Shown here: positions 23,284 to 37,770 of the stretch, piece after piece
Layout of the letters: each line of letters starts with the position of its first letter
How positions within the stretch are numbered: the stretch's first letter is position 1
Assembly (NCBI RefSeq): GCF_001194135.2
Contig: NC_069000.1
Span: 7,393,559-7,457,558, forward strand
Source of the DNA: Octopus bimaculoides
Lineage: Eukaryota
DNA: 64,000 bases
Direction: 5' to 3'
Position numbers and translations under genes: made by a program
The notes under the pieces: model-generated
Databases searched by the model: none
Told to the model about the DNA's origin: nothing
The model's input: only the letters and a program-made list of their open reading frames with translations

Positions 23284-26200
23284 ACACACAAAAAGGCTGT
23301 GATTAGTGCATCTATACCCCACGACCACCCCCACAAACTTTGTGTCATAAACCGTCTCTTGTTCATTAAATGATCCATGACGTCTACTACACAACTCCTT
23401 AACAACATCAACACTAACAACAACAATCATCACCAAGTGACATGTAAATTACATAATCCCCACCCACATACTTCACAGTGTGTGTACACATGCATATATA
23501 CACACAGCCCTAGTTTTCCCCCCACCCCCTCTTCAGTGTATTTCCTGAGGGGTGGGTGGGTACAGAAGTTGCAATGTGAGGAGGAAAGGAAGGAGGGATA
23601 AGGTTTCTTAGAAAACCTCCCATCATCATCATCACCGCCAACACTTTTTGATGTTGTTTGTTTCATGTGATTCACTCTTGTTATTGGGTAAGGTGGTAGT
23701 GGTGGTGTAATATTTTCATTTTAGCACCGAACACTGAGTGTTAGGGTTCACATGTCATCTTCCCCCCCCTTTCCTTTGTCAGCAACGTCGACAATCTCAA
23801 GACCATTATATCTGTGGTTGTGTACTGTTATAGCTGTTGTTGTTTAACCCCAGGTCAGGCCTGATCCAGCAAACCTAGATTGAAAGATTTATCTTTCACA
23901 TGCTTCAGTCGTTACACTGTGGCTGTGCTGGGACACCACCTTGAAGAATTTTTTTAGTCAAATGAATTTTAATTTAATTTTTTCTTTTCAAACTGATATT
24001 TAATCTATTGGTCTCTTGCTAAACTGCTGAGTTATGGTGACATAAGCAAACCAACACCGGTTGTCAAGCAGTGGTGGGGGACAGACAGACGCACACACAC
24101 ACACGCGCATGCACATACACAATGGGCTTCTTTCAGTTTCTGTCTATTAAATCTACTAACAAGGTTTTTGGTTGTCCTGAGGCTATAGTAGACACTTGCT
24201 CAAAGTGTCATGCTGTGGGACTGAACCTGGGACCATGTGGTTGGGAAGCAAGCTTCTTATCACACAGCCATGACTTGGAAAATTTGGTTGTTATTTCTTG
24301 TGTGTAGTGATACTATGAGGTTAGTATACATGAGGAGGTGTGGCAGTATCAAAATCATGGCCTTATTTTTTCTCTACTGTTTTACAAAACTTTATTTTCA
24401 TAATGAATCTATTTCACTGTGTGATGTGTATTTCACCTCACGTTCTCTAATGTATTTCTCTAATGTATTTAAGACAGTAGGGTGTGATTTGAGGGAAATT
24501 TGGCTGCTATTTCTAGTACGATTAGCAACCACCTAGATGCTCTCATCATTGCCTCCTAGCTTTACCATCCCATTTTCTACACAAACACGTGGTATGTGTG
24601 GGTGTGTGGGTGGATACAAGTGTGTATGTATATATATATTTATATTTATATACACACACATTAACACAGGAGGCGTGCGCATGTGCGCGCGTGTGTATGT
24701 ATATAAAATATACATACACACAAGCACACATCCTGTTATGTTATAGTTTTTGTAAAATTAATAAACAAAGTTTGTTTTTTTTTGTGTGTGTGTGTGTGAT
24801 GATAATGATGGTGATAGTAGATGTAGCAATGGAGGTGTTATTGGTGGTATCACGTGTTGCATAGATTTGATGCATCTTAGAGACAGTTTCTTCACAACAA
24901 GGTTGTTTCTCTAACAGTGGGGCCCCACTGCAGTTCTTCACTTCTCCTTCCCATCTATATATGCATGTGTGTGTATGTATGTATATACATACATACATAC
25001 ACAAACACGCATATGATTATGTGTGTGAATCTGTATAATTATGCCCATATTATATTTATATATTAATGTGTTTATATTTGTACCGACACACTGCATTGCT
25101 GTGTGATTAAGAAGTTTGCTTCCGACTACACGGTACTGAGTTCAGTCCCACTATGTGGCACCTTAGGCAAGTGTCTTATCTTAGGCTAACCAAAGCCTTG
25201 TGAGTGGATTTGATAGAGAGAAAGAAGCAGATTTGGTAGAGATGCCTGTGTGTGTTTGTGTGTGTAAATGTGCATGTATAATATACACACATATTTATAT
25301 ATGTATACACACACTAGTATTTATACATTCACAAACACATATACGTGTGTTTATATATATATATATATATATAAAACAAATATACACACATGCATATGTC
25401 AACCCCATAACAGTATTGTCAAGTATATATATAAGACATATAACAAATTTTACCATAATAACGATAATTGTTTGTGTCTGCGTATGCGTGTCCTTGTTTT
25501 GACATCACGTGATAATTGTAAAATGACTGTGACTGTCTTACAAGGAGTGCCATTCACTTCCAATATTCTGCAAGGATATGTTTGGCCATGTGGTGATATT
25601 ACTTCGCTTGAAAATAGGTGAGGTTTGGTGACAGGAAGGGCATCTGACTGCAGAAAAATCTGTCTCAATAAATTTCTTCTTGTTTGTCCATATGAAACTA
25701 TTTTCTGATTGAAGATGTTAGGAAGGCAGCGAGCTGACAAAATTATTAGGAATCTGGACAAAATGCTTAGCGGCATTTCTTCTGGCTTTATGTTCTGAGT
25801 TCAAATTCTGCCAAGGTTTATTTTGCCTTTCATCTGTTTGGGGTTGAGCAATGGATGAGATGTAATTGTCAAGTGCCCCCTCTCCCCAAATTTCAGGCCT
25901 TGTGCCTATAGTAGAAAGAATTTAAGAGGGTAGGGTGTGATTTAGGGAAATTTGGCTTCCATATTTAGCAAATGGCCCACTTACACAAAGGGTTCCTCTT
26001 GTTTGCTCCAATTAAACATTGGTGTTTGTTTTTGTGTGGTCCCAGATCAGTTGTCATGGAAAAACTATAATGAAATGTGTTCCGATTAGGACAATTCTGT
26101 CAAAGCGTTTTGAGTGAATTTGGTAGAGGGAAACTGAAAGAAGCCCATTATGTATATGTATACATATGTGTCTGTGTATGTTTGTGACACCTTGTCTTGA

Positions 26201-27389
26201 CATTGTGTGATAGTTGTAAATGAGTGTCGCTGTCATAGAAGCAATGCCATTTATTTCCACTCTTTCATGAAAAGCTTTTCTTGTCATGGGTAAATATCTT
26301 GCTTGGAAACAGGTAAGAGTTGTTGACAGGAAGAGCATCTGTTTGTAAAAAATCTGCCCCAGTAAACTCTGTCTGGCTTATGGTGAAGTGGTCATTAAAT
26401 AATGACAATAACACATACACCTTTACACACATACATGCATACATACATGAGCTTCTTTCAGTTTTTATCTACCAAATCACCACCCAAGGTTTTGGTTGGC
26501 CTAGGGCTATAGAAGACACCTGGTCACGGTGCTGCACAATGAGACTGAACCCACAACCATATGTTTGGAAGCAAACTTCTCAACCACACAGCCATTCCTG
26601 TACCTATTAAGTGTCTATATTAAATATGCAATGACAAGCAAGAACAGGACAACTAGTATCTGCATCCACGACAGGTTTTATATCAGAACCCATATTCTAG
26701 CCTTGTCCATTAAATTGATACCATAAGTCAAGGGAGATTTGAATTCAGAGGTTTCCTTCGCTGAGTGGTTTAATGTGTGTCCTGGCCCCAACCAAGGCAT
26801 TTCTACATACATGTATCAATGTAAATGTGCATTAACATATGCTTGTAGATACATATTATATGCACATGCATATATAGAGATTAATTACATGGGTGTTGAC
26901 TCTTTGGGGTTCATCTACCTTTTGACATGTCTTGTTTTTCATTCTGCAGGGTGGTGTACTCTTCACCATGGTTAAGCTGTTGGCTTTAGTCTCTGATACA
27001 CTAATTTCACTTGGATTTTACTGGTTTACATGATGATCAGTAGCAGATCACTGCGTACCAAATCTCTGACTTGTCCTGTAGTGATGGAAATATGGCAGTG
27101 TCAGGTCTTGGGTGACAAATGCTTTTAATCAATATTATCATGTCTTTGTGGGTTGAAATATTCTTGTCTGAAAACTACTTACTTAGTTTCTTGCAAATGT
27201 ACATGAAAATCTGTCTAACTTCAAGTGGTTAGTTTAGTGCAACTAACAACAGCTTAATAAGGCAGGTAGGAGAAAGGTAACAATTACAATACTAAATTCT
27301 ATGTAAAAGAGAGAATCCTGTTTAACGTCTGTTGTTGGGATGTAAGGTTTCTTCTGAGTTGTTTCATCTGCTGTATTTTCTGGCATACA

Positions 27390-27935
27390 AGTTGAATTTC
27401 TCAGACCAAAATTTACAGTTCTAGGAACATTCGTCATAAACATTTTTGCTGCAGGAAAACTCGCTGTAGAAATTTTGCTGTACAGGAAATTTAACTGTAA
27501 GATAATTTCACCGTATAGATAATTTCGAAGATATGGCATGCAACCTGATTTAGAGAAATTGCAGCTCTGTAAAAATATTGCTTTTTATATATATGTATGT
27601 TTTATAATTCTGTTTTAGATTTTTTTTGTTTTCTTTTTGTTCTTTGTAAATTTTGTCCTATTTATATTGTATTACTTTTTATTTAAGTAGAATTTTTTTT
27701 TTTTGAAAACATCTTTTAGATTGCTTTATTCCCCCCCCCCCNNNNNNNNNNCTTTGCCATAATAATATAATAGATAGGTTGGTTGAAACAATTATATACC
27801 AAGGAAGCAATACATCTTTTTTCCTGCAGAATTTCCTGTGGTGAACTTTCCTATGGTCAAAAATCCTAGGGCAAAATTTCCTGTGGCAAAAGTGTTTGTG
27901 CCAAACTTTCCAGATATGAAAATTTACAACCCAAA
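27390..27935. mobile_element. Old Mutator/foldback-like element with degenerate, internally repetitive TIRs
   Basis: ggaacattcgtcataaacatttttgctgcaggaaaactcgc (27424) is a diverged reverse complement of 27825-27911; repeated gaaattt.gc subunits. Confidence 0.5.
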
Positions 27936-28054
27936 TGTATAGGCCAACTTATACATCAGAATGACTTTAAAAGACCAAAAATTCCATGTGAAATGTAGCA
28001 GGAGTTGGAAAGATGGTGATAATTCCTGAATGTTTATATGCTATGTATTGTGTC

Positions 28055-28152
28055 CCAATTTCTATGTTGGAAACTGCGTCAATTGACCACAATATAGAAC
28101 AACACTTGTAGCCAGAGAACCACAACGACTAAACAGATGGAGCAGCAGTCTT
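28055..28152 (+). pseudogene. Possible decayed Mutator-like (MULE) transposase C-terminal motif
   Basis: With frameshifts reads PISM(W)NC...RT..DLNRWSSSL, resembling the MULE PISxWN...RTNNxLEGW motif; weak. Confidence 0.3.
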
Positions 28153-29682
28153 TGTTCTCTGTCTATCAGATCAGGATCACTGATCTAAAGAATTATCTGA
28201 TTTCACAATATTTTAGGTTTGGAAACTAAATGGTGAAAGGGAAGATGGTGGAGAGAGTTTTTTGCTATCAGAACTACTCGGACAGATGCAGTGGCAATAC
28301 AACATAAACTTTTACATTATAAAATTCTCATCCCCACTCTTGTGCGGACAATATGTATTTTTATAACCCAGTTTGTGGCTCAGCTCTCACAACCATCAAA
28401 GATTCTATGAATCCTTTTATTCAGCCTAAACTATTAGAAGCTGATACTTTTTCTTGACTTTGGTGCATGAATTGGACAACAACAGCAGACTTGGAAAACG
28501 CTTGCTCACTTTGACACAGGAAATCTAGCTATCTTTAACATTAAGCACCCATCTATAGCACCTTGTAACAAACACTCTTCTTGGTATCTATAACACCATG
28601 TAACATCTTTCTAGCTATCACTATCACCTTTTATCTGTAATATCTGTCACCAACTAAAATGCATGGTTGCATAGATTCATCTGAAACCGGTCCATGTAAC
28701 AGATTTCATAGCAATTCATAAAGATTATCGTCTAGATGTCTGCAATGTCTGTGCGACATAATACTGAATGTGACATTGACCAAAACTGGTACATAGATAG
28801 TTCAAGCTTTCAATTTGAGGAAAGTTTTGCTTGCGTGGGATAAAACTTTCAAAGCATTTTGATGTGGCAAAACTGACACAACCAGACATTTGAAAAACTG
28901 TGTCTAATAATAGTTTATTGATCTTAGCTTTGATGTTTCTTAGGATAACCTTAGGAACAAATTTTAGTGTTTGGGAGTTGAGGTACTTGGTTTCAAGAAA
29001 AGGAATCAGAGATTGGTTTGATGATAATACTAGCATTAACCAGCTACTGGATGTGAAACACTTCCCTTTATTAATCTCTGTTAGACTTGTTTCTCCAACT
29101 CTGATAAATGTAAAATTTAATATAAGGTTAAAATTTCCAATTTCACAAATAATAATTTTAAAATAATGGCTTCAAATTTTGGCATAAGGCCAGCAATTTT
29201 AAGGAAGGCAGTAAATTGATTATATCGACCTGTGTTTAACTGGAACTTTATTGACCCTGAAAGGATGAAAGGCAAAGTGACCCTCAGCAGAATTTGAACT
29301 CACAACATAAAGAGCCAGAAGAAATGCTGCTAAGTATTTTGCCCAACTTGCTAACAATTTAACCAGCTTGCCATCTTGAATTTGAAAATTTCAGTTCATA
29401 TAATTGTTCATGTTATATTCAAACAATGCTTTAATCTCAAGAGGGAAGGATTATGGAATTATGAATCTGAGTTTATTAAGTTATTTCAGTTGTTTAATAT
29501 TTTAGTTATAACTTTGATGTACTGAAAATTTTCAACTGGTAAACAAAGATGTCCTTATTTTCTTTTAGTTTATTTCTCTGATTTTGTTTGACTATGACAG
29601 ACTCTTTCTTAATTTTGTATAGTTTGTCTTACACTTAATTGTTTGTACAATTATATACCATTGACATAACAACAGCCTGTAA

Positions 29683-29890
29683 CCCTTTAGCATTTAAACC
29701 AGCCATATCCGACCCAAATATTCTACTTGTTTTATGTTTAAACTGACTGTATTTGGCCTCTCACACCTATCCTACACTGTTATTCTGAAAATAAACTATC
29801 ACATCATTGAAATCTCAAAGCCACAAGATAAATGCATGATTGATTTAACGCAAAGTGAATACATTTGACAGTAATCTGAATACTAACGGA
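29683..29890. mobile_element. Same TTAA MITE family, opposite orientation
   Basis: CCCTTTAGCATTTAAACC start; internal sequence is the reverse complement of 533-746; ends at ttaa. Confidence 0.75.
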
Positions 29891-30214
29891 TTAAACTGAA
29901 TCTTTAACGGGTTAGGGTAGTAAAGAGCTGTATGAACATTCCACATAGTCTGTATCTGTTGTAGGTTTTCAATCAATATAAGAAATGGATGATTAGTTTA
30001 ATTACAAACTGAAGAGTCAGACCTGGTAGTACCCTAAGCTAAGAAGCCATGGTTGTAGTGTGCCCAAAGTCAGTGTGTACCTGAAATTGAGGAGCCAGGT
30101 GTGTGCCTTAAACTGAATGGTTGGGGATACCCTAAGTTGAGGAGTTGGCCTTGGGTTTGAAAATGTTGGGTACTATTCAGACTGTTGTTGAAAGACATTT
30201 AACCCACATTACTA

Positions 30215-30620
30215 TCTGAAACACAACCTGGTTTTAGATCAGGGTGGAGTACTGTAGACATGATTTTCTCTGTGAGGCAATTTCAAGAGAAATATATTGA
30301 GCAGCAGGTGCCTCTATATTTGGTTTTCGTTGACTTAGCAAAGCCTTTTTAAACTATTAACAGAGAAGCATTGTGGAAAGTCCTTGGTACATTGGTTGGG
30401 TTGTCCTACAAACTTTGTAAACATGCTTAAAGAATTATATTATAACATTATGCATGAATCACTTTTAATGGGCAATGGAGTTAAACAGGGAGATATTCAG
30501 GCTCCCATTCTGTTTTTAGTTTACTTCACCACACATTTATGTTTTCAAGATTTGTGACATTGGTATCTAGTTGTGGTTTATAACAGGAAGTCTTTGACCT
30601 GAGGAGGTTCAACGGTGCCT
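30215..30620 (+). mobile_element. Decayed RTE-clade (BovB-like) reverse transcriptase fragment
   Basis: ETQPGFRSGWSTVDMIFSVRQFQEKYIEQQVPLYLVFVDLAKPF*TINREALWKVL...GVKQGDIQAPILFLVYF; stops and frameshifts. Confidence 0.85.
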
Positions 30621-30938
30621 CTTAAGGCCGTCAAAGCTTTTGATCCTTCAATTAGTCAATGCAGATGATACTGATACAAATTTTGACTGATTGATTTTCA
30701 GCTTCATGTGTTGGATTTAGACTTGCAATAAGAAAGCTGCAATGGAATGCTATACAACAGACATACCCTGATGAGTGTTGCCTGTTTGTTCAAGACCTTG
30801 TAAATCATCAGCCGGCTTTATCACTCATTCTAGAGCTACAAGACTGAATGGCAGTGAACATTGAATAATGCGAAGGCTCACATCTGACAAGATGAAGCAA
30901 TCAATGTGTGTGTGTGTGTATATATATATACACACACA

Positions 30939-30976
<38 letters not shown>

Positions 30977-31287
30977 AATGTGTGTGCATGTTGATATATC
31001 TTTCTATAATTGGGTGAAAAGTTACAAAATGGACTAAAAGACTAAAGGTTTCGTTTACGGCACATAAGTGCCATACACAAATCTCTCAGCCTTTGAGTCA
31101 CTTTTTTAAACTTTTCACTCAATTAAAAAGAAAGTTTGTTTGTGTGTGTGTGTGTGTATGCATAATTATATTATGTGTGTCAATATGTATGACTATATGC
31201 ATGCATATATGAAAATGTGCACATGTGTACATATATGTGTGTGTGTGTGTGTGTGTGTGCACATATTTAATATACACACATGTATGC

Positions 31288-31320
<33 letters not shown>

Positions 31321-31947
31321 TTTAAATGACTCAATTATTTTGCTACATAATCTGTTATGTAGGTCAGTTCGTTGAGGAAGGAGTAGGCTGACTATATGAC
31401 ACAGCTCTTATTTTTCCCTCACTCTCTCTCTCACTCTCTTCAGATCCTTGCTTGTACAACACACAACTGTCTCTTATTTAGGGACACGTTTATTGTGATA
31501 CCATTTACATGAAAAGCCATCATTTTTCATTTTTTTTTCTCCAGTATTGATGGTGCTGCTGTCATTTGTGGTGTTTCTTTAGCATTCTTGATTTTTTTTT
31601 TCTCCCCATTTTTTTTTCATTTTATTTTTCATTTTTTTTCTTTCTTTTTTTTTTTTTGTGGTATCGACATTTATTGCATTGCTGAAAATCTATTTATGAT
31701 GACTGAAATTCTTCCCTATTTGCACAACCAATATGTTCTATCTTATATACGTTCATATATGCACTTTTTGTTTACATAACTACACACATATATAAACCAT
31801 ATTTTAATATAATCTATTGATATAAAACATCCCCCTTATCTGCCATAGCAGCAGCTCAGCTAAAGGGAGCTATTCTGACTAACTCTTATGAAATACCCAA
31901 GACTCTTTCTCTCTCCTGCAAATGGTGTATTGTATTTATACACACAC

Positions 31948-31984
<37 letters not shown>

Positions 31985-33057
31985 TTATTAAAAGCCATGT
32001 GTATAAATTTTCTTTTGTTTCTTTTGGCCAGCAGAACCAATGCCATACTAGAATTCTATTCTCATACATATTATATTTTGCCATTGTGCATGTGTGATGT
32101 GAATATACACTTTAGTTCTTGTTGAATTATATATATATATTTATACACACATATATACACACACATATATACACACGCACGCATACATACGCACACATAT
32201 ATACACACACATACACGCACATACACATATACACACATACATACACACAAATATATACAAACACATATATATATAAACACACACACACATATATACACAC
32301 AATCTTTGTGAAAGCTGTGCACATTTATTTGGGTAGAGGGATTCCACGATCATCTCCAGTGTAACTGCTTCGTATCCTTTGCTGCAACACCAGAGCAATC
32401 CTTGTTGCCTCTCATGTGACAATAGATAGATCGTCACTATAATATAGTATTAATGGTGGTGGATAGGGTGCCGCTCCTTAACATGTTGTGTAGAGAGGAC
32501 AGTTGAAGCTGTTTTAAATGGCTTGGGGTTGCTGGGTGAATTTCTTATGGGGAAGGGATGGAGAATGAAGGGACTGTCACCCAACACTCTCCTGTCCCTT
32601 TTCCTCACTTATTATTATCAATCTCCACTGTCCTCTGCATTCTCCCCTTTTGTTACTATTGCAAAACATTAACATCAGTTATTGAATTACTCCCCTCCTG
32701 GGACAGTGTTGATAACCTGCTAAAAGTTATTTAGTTTTCTATATTCAGCAATACAGATACTGCCAGCATCAATCCCATTTTTCAGAGGTTTAGACACTTT
32801 GCAATTGATGTTGTTTTTCTTCATAGTGAGAAAGGCTTTCATAATTCTCTCAAATCAGAGTTAACAAAATGAGACTATATTTGACCTTTCATCATCACAT
32901 CACGACCACCACCGTCTTCACCACCACCAATGTCATCATCATCATTTTACATCTGCCCACCATGCTAGCATGAAATATAAATTATATATTATATCATACT
33001 ATATCTATGCATGAATTAAATATATAAAAATATAGATAAATAGACTACACTATGTCA

Positions 33058-33335
33058 TCATCATCATTGTTTAACGTCTGCTTTCCACGCTAGCATGGGT
33101 TGGATGATTTGACTGAGGACTGGTGAAACCAGATGGCTACACCAGGCTACAATCTGATTTGGCAGAGTTTTTACAGCTGGATGCTCTTCCTTATGCCAAC
33201 CACTCTGAGAGTGTAGTGGGTGCTTTTACGTGCCACTGGCACGAAGGCCAGTGAGGCGGTCCTGGCAACGGCCACGCTCGAAATGGTGTATTTTATGTGC
33301 CACCTGCACAGGAGCCAGTTCGGCGGCACGACCTC
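33058..33335 (-). mobile_element. Family C LINE tail, well preserved
   Basis: catcatcatcattgtttaacgtctgctttccacgctagcatggg...gtgggtgcttttacgtgccactggcacg. Confidence 0.8.
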
Positions 33336-34899
33336 CTTACAACTACAAATTTTAAAAGACAGTGCCTTAATTTATCACCAAATGCATTGGCTTAATTCCT
33401 ACAATCCTGTGAATTCCAAGTGTAGTGGCTGCCAATCAAACAGTTTTATTCCTGTTTATACCACCTGATCATCTGATGGATAAACCACTTCCTTCTCATA
33501 ATTAATATCCTTCACAGCATGGCTGTGTGGTAAGCGGTTTGCTTCCCAACCACACAATTCTAGGTTCAGTCTCACTGTGTGACACCTTGGGCAAGTGTTT
33601 ATCTTATACCCTTGAACTGACCAAAGCCTTGTGAGTGGATGTGGTAGACGGAAAACGAAAGAAGTACATCCATATATATATATATGTATGTGTGTGTGTG
33701 TGTGTTTGTCCCCACGACCACTTGACAACCAGTGTTGGTTTGTTCATGTCCTCATAACTTTGCAGTTTGGCTTCAAAGAAGTATCAGTTGATTTTCAGTT
33801 ATACACTGAATCACATTAGTTGACTTAGCTTACAAGTCATCTGTAGAATGTGGTTTAGTAGAAAAGCTATGAAATAAGTTGAAAAAAATAATTAAACCTC
33901 CTAAAAATTAAATGAACAATAATGAATGTTTTGATAAGGATAAAATAGATTTAACTTTTTTTTTCTTCTTTTTAAATATTCTTTATAGATAAATTCTAAT
34001 ATTAAATCTGAGTAGTTGGGATGTAGCATTGTGTGATATTACATTAGATAAAAGCTTGATAAAGTCGAGACAGTATGACATGAAATACAAAGTGAACTGC
34101 AAAAGTGAAGACAGAACAACTGCTGAGGTTTTACTTTGAGTTTCAATATTTCGGGGTTAAGACCCCTTTCTCAGGACAACTGGAGAAATGAGAGGTGGAT
34201 TCCATCTCTCCTTGCTCCATGTGTCATATACCAAAGAAGGTATCCTAGTGCACTTTGTATTTCATTTTGTATTGTTTCAGCCTTATCAAGTTTTTATCTA
34301 ATCCAAACATATATAGATCTCGTGTTGTGCAACATTTAAAATTGCACATGACTTAATCAGCCACTCTATGTGTATATCTGTGCATACGTGTGTGTGTGTG
34401 CATCTATTGTAACTGGGCTTAGATGCTACTTGTTTCTGTGCAAAATACCAAAGTCCTCAATGTACTCATTGAGGACTCTGTGCACCAACTGAATGTCTCT
34501 TAAAGGCAAAGTACGTGTTTGTTTTTATATATATATAGAAACATCATTATCATTGTTTTAATGTCCAGTTTTCCATGCTTGCATGGGTCAGATGGAGTTT
34601 ATCAAGGCAGATTTACTACAATCAGATGCCCTTCTTGTCGACAATCCTCCCTTACTTTCAAGCTAGGTAATATTTCCTCCATGGCCAGACATGTTCTTGC
34701 AGAATATTGGAAATGAACGGCACTGCCTGTATGACTAACAATCATTTATAACAAATACATGATGTCAAGTTAAGGACACAGTGTGTGTTGGAGGTGATTG
34801 TCAGTCATACAGGCAATGTCATTCATACACACATACATACACACGTTTATGTATTTCTTTTACAAGATTCCTGATGTGAAATCGTGTGTTGAAATGGAT

Positions 34900-35164
34900 A
34901 TTGTTATATTTTGGGACAGTCATTTTAAAAATTTGTTTATGCCAAATAAACACATTCACTATTTGTTCTTCACTTCAGATTTATTACTGTTCTTATGTCC
35001 TTTGTTTAGAAGCAATGGAGAGTCGCTGAAGAGGTCACAGGATGTGTGATGAAAGATTTCCAGACAAAGGACATAAAATAAGAACAATGATAAACCGGAA
35101 GTGAAGAATGAATATATAGTGCGTGGCAAAAAAAAAAAGAAAATGACCATCTCAAAATATAACA

Positions 35165-35165
<1 letters not shown>
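34900..35165. mobile_element. MITE of the 9161-9457 family
   Basis: ttgttatattttgggacagtca ... tgaccatctcaaaatataacaa with the same internal inverted arms. Confidence 0.7.
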
Positions 35166-35238
<73 letters not shown>

Positions 35239-37424
35239 CTGTAGTATGCTTTCACATTATTATTCAAGAATGTGAACATGGTGATCATTAGAGGACTTGG
35301 AACAATTATGGCAAACCTCTACTGAAATTTTGGGAGGAGTGTTTTATATGACAGCTGATCTGTTGTTGTTAATTGGGGGAGGAAGCTGGGTACATTTTCT
35401 CTAAGGAGTGGTCAGCAAATTGTGAAGTGCTTCATCAGCAGACTCTCTTTTTTTTTTTCCTTTTTTTTTGCTCTGAAAAGCATGTTTAATTTGTTATTTA
35501 ACGCACTGTCAGATTTTGTATTGTTTAAATTTATTGCAGTTCTTCTGATTTATGCTTTGTCCACTCTATATTTACTCTAACTGCAATGGTCTCTGCTTCT
35601 CATCAGTTGCATCTCCTCCTAACTTTACCCATTGCACTCCTCTTGTCCATTCATGCCACATACACAATCCCGTTACTCCTACGACTATCACACCATCTAA
35701 TTACTGAACCATAGTAGTGCAATCTGAACACTTGTCATACTAAATGCATCTAGTTAGCCCTGTCACCCAGGTTGGGTGGGCTAACACCAGACACACTTAG
35801 TTACTCCTGCCTCTCAAGTTAATAGGAATAGGTGGGATGTGTTTTCTTAGGTTTGTTGGGTCAAGGCTGTCCTGGGGTTAAACTGCAACAGTAAGGAAAG
35901 ACAGATGATGTAGTCCTAGATATATTTGAATAAAATATGGGATGATCATGATTGGAATCCATTTATTGTGAGGTTAATGGTTAGTCTACTCCATAAAGAG
36001 CATAGGACTTGTTTCTCTGGCATATATGTTCTTTCCTGGACAAGACACTGGTCTGTGACAGAATTAATCATTTTTATCAGCTGAGTGGACTGGAGCAGCA
36101 TGAAATGAACAGGAATGGAAACGGCAATCTCACAATCATGAGTCCAACATTCTAACCACTAAACCATGTACCTTCACATTGTGAGGCGAAACAACAATGA
36201 TATTCTGGCATCTTGTTATAGAAATATTTGGTTTGCAGTAATTGGTTCAGTTTAATTCCATCCTGAATAATTTTAGTTGCTTTTGAAGAGGGTAAAATAT
36301 ATTTTCTAAGGTTTAATTGTTCTAGATGGTTCCCTTATGTGTGTGTGACAGCAGGGAAGGTGGTGGTAGTGTTGGGGGTATGTTGCTTCCTGCTCAGCTC
36401 CTGAATTGTTTGTGTGTCAATGTCTCAGAATTCAATTGTAATTATTAATTCTGTGTGTGTGTGTGTGAAAATGCAATACTGTTTGACCATGATGTAGATA
36501 GGGTGAGTGTGTGTGAGAGGTGAACAGGATGTGAAACACAACTGGACAATGGACATTTGAAGTGACTGCCCATAAGAAACATTGGTTGATGGCTACATTG
36601 GATGTTAAGTGTTGTAGTAATGTGTGTGTTGGGTTGAGAGAGACTTGGGAATGAGGTAAATCAGATAAGCTAGGTCTTTTTGGGCGAGATAATAGAGAAA
36701 TAGTAGTGTGTTCATGGACATTATGGTGGTGGTGATGATGATGATGCTGCAATCAGGTTAACTGTTGATGGTCTTCTCTCTCTAAATAAAGAAACAGACT
36801 TTAGATGTGTTTGAGGTTAAGAGCTGCTTTAGTCTGAAGTGGTTGAAAACACTTGACAGCAATATTTGTCTGCGAGATGCCGAGATGCCGTGTATGTCTC
36901 ACCAAAGACTGGGCAGTGATAGTTTCTAAGAAGTGTCTCCAAATCAATGTATAGAAGTTTCAGACAAGGAAGTATCTGCTCTAGCGTAGTCCCTTTGTGT
37001 TTTTGTGGCCACTTTGTCTTAACCTTTCGAGGATGAGTAAGTTCAGACATTCAGAAAGAAATATAGCAAACAACTTTTGTAATGTGCTCTTGTTGCTGGA
37101 AAGAATATCATGGGATTTAGTCATCATTGTCACTGCCAACATTGTCACCACCATCATCATCATATGTTCATTTTCCATGCTGGCATGGGTTAGACAGTTT
37201 GGCAGGATCCAGTGAGCCACCAGACTGCATCATGCTCCAATGTCAGCTTTGGCAGATTTTCTATGGCTGGATGCCCTTCCTAATGCCATCCACTTCATTG
37301 TGTGTATTGGTTGCTTTTTTTATGTATTTTATGGGATGATCATGATTGGAATCCATTTATGTTCCTTCCTGGACATATTTGCACTCTTCCTTATATTATT
37401 AATTATTATTATTATTAATATGGA

Positions 37425-37770
37425 GAGTTGGTGGAATCACTGGCATGTCAGGTGGAATGCTTAGTGGCATTTCATCTGTCCTTGCATTCTGAGTTCAAAT
37501 TTTGCCAGGGTCGACTTTGTTTTTCATCCTTTCAGCGTTGATGAAATAAGTACCAATTACATACTAGCCCTCTCCCTCAAGGTTTCAGGCCTTGAGTCTG
37601 TGGTAGACAGGATTATTATTATTATTATTATTATTATTAAGGCAATGAGGTAGCAGAAGTGTTAGTATGCCAGACAAAATGATTAGCAGCATTTCATCTG
37701 TCTTTACTTGCTGAGTTCAAATTCTGCTGAGGTCAGCTTTCCTTTTCATCTTTCCAAGGTTGCACGACCA
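37425..37770 (+). mobile_element. Two tandem family A SINEs
   Basis: Two successive heads ending ctgagttcaaatt...gtcgactttg/gtcagctttcc, separated by an (ATT)n tail. Confidence 0.75.

Noticed and set aside
27030-27075. ATGATGA...CTGA box pair
   Set aside because: Only ~40 nt long with no terminal stem; too short for a C/D snoRNA.
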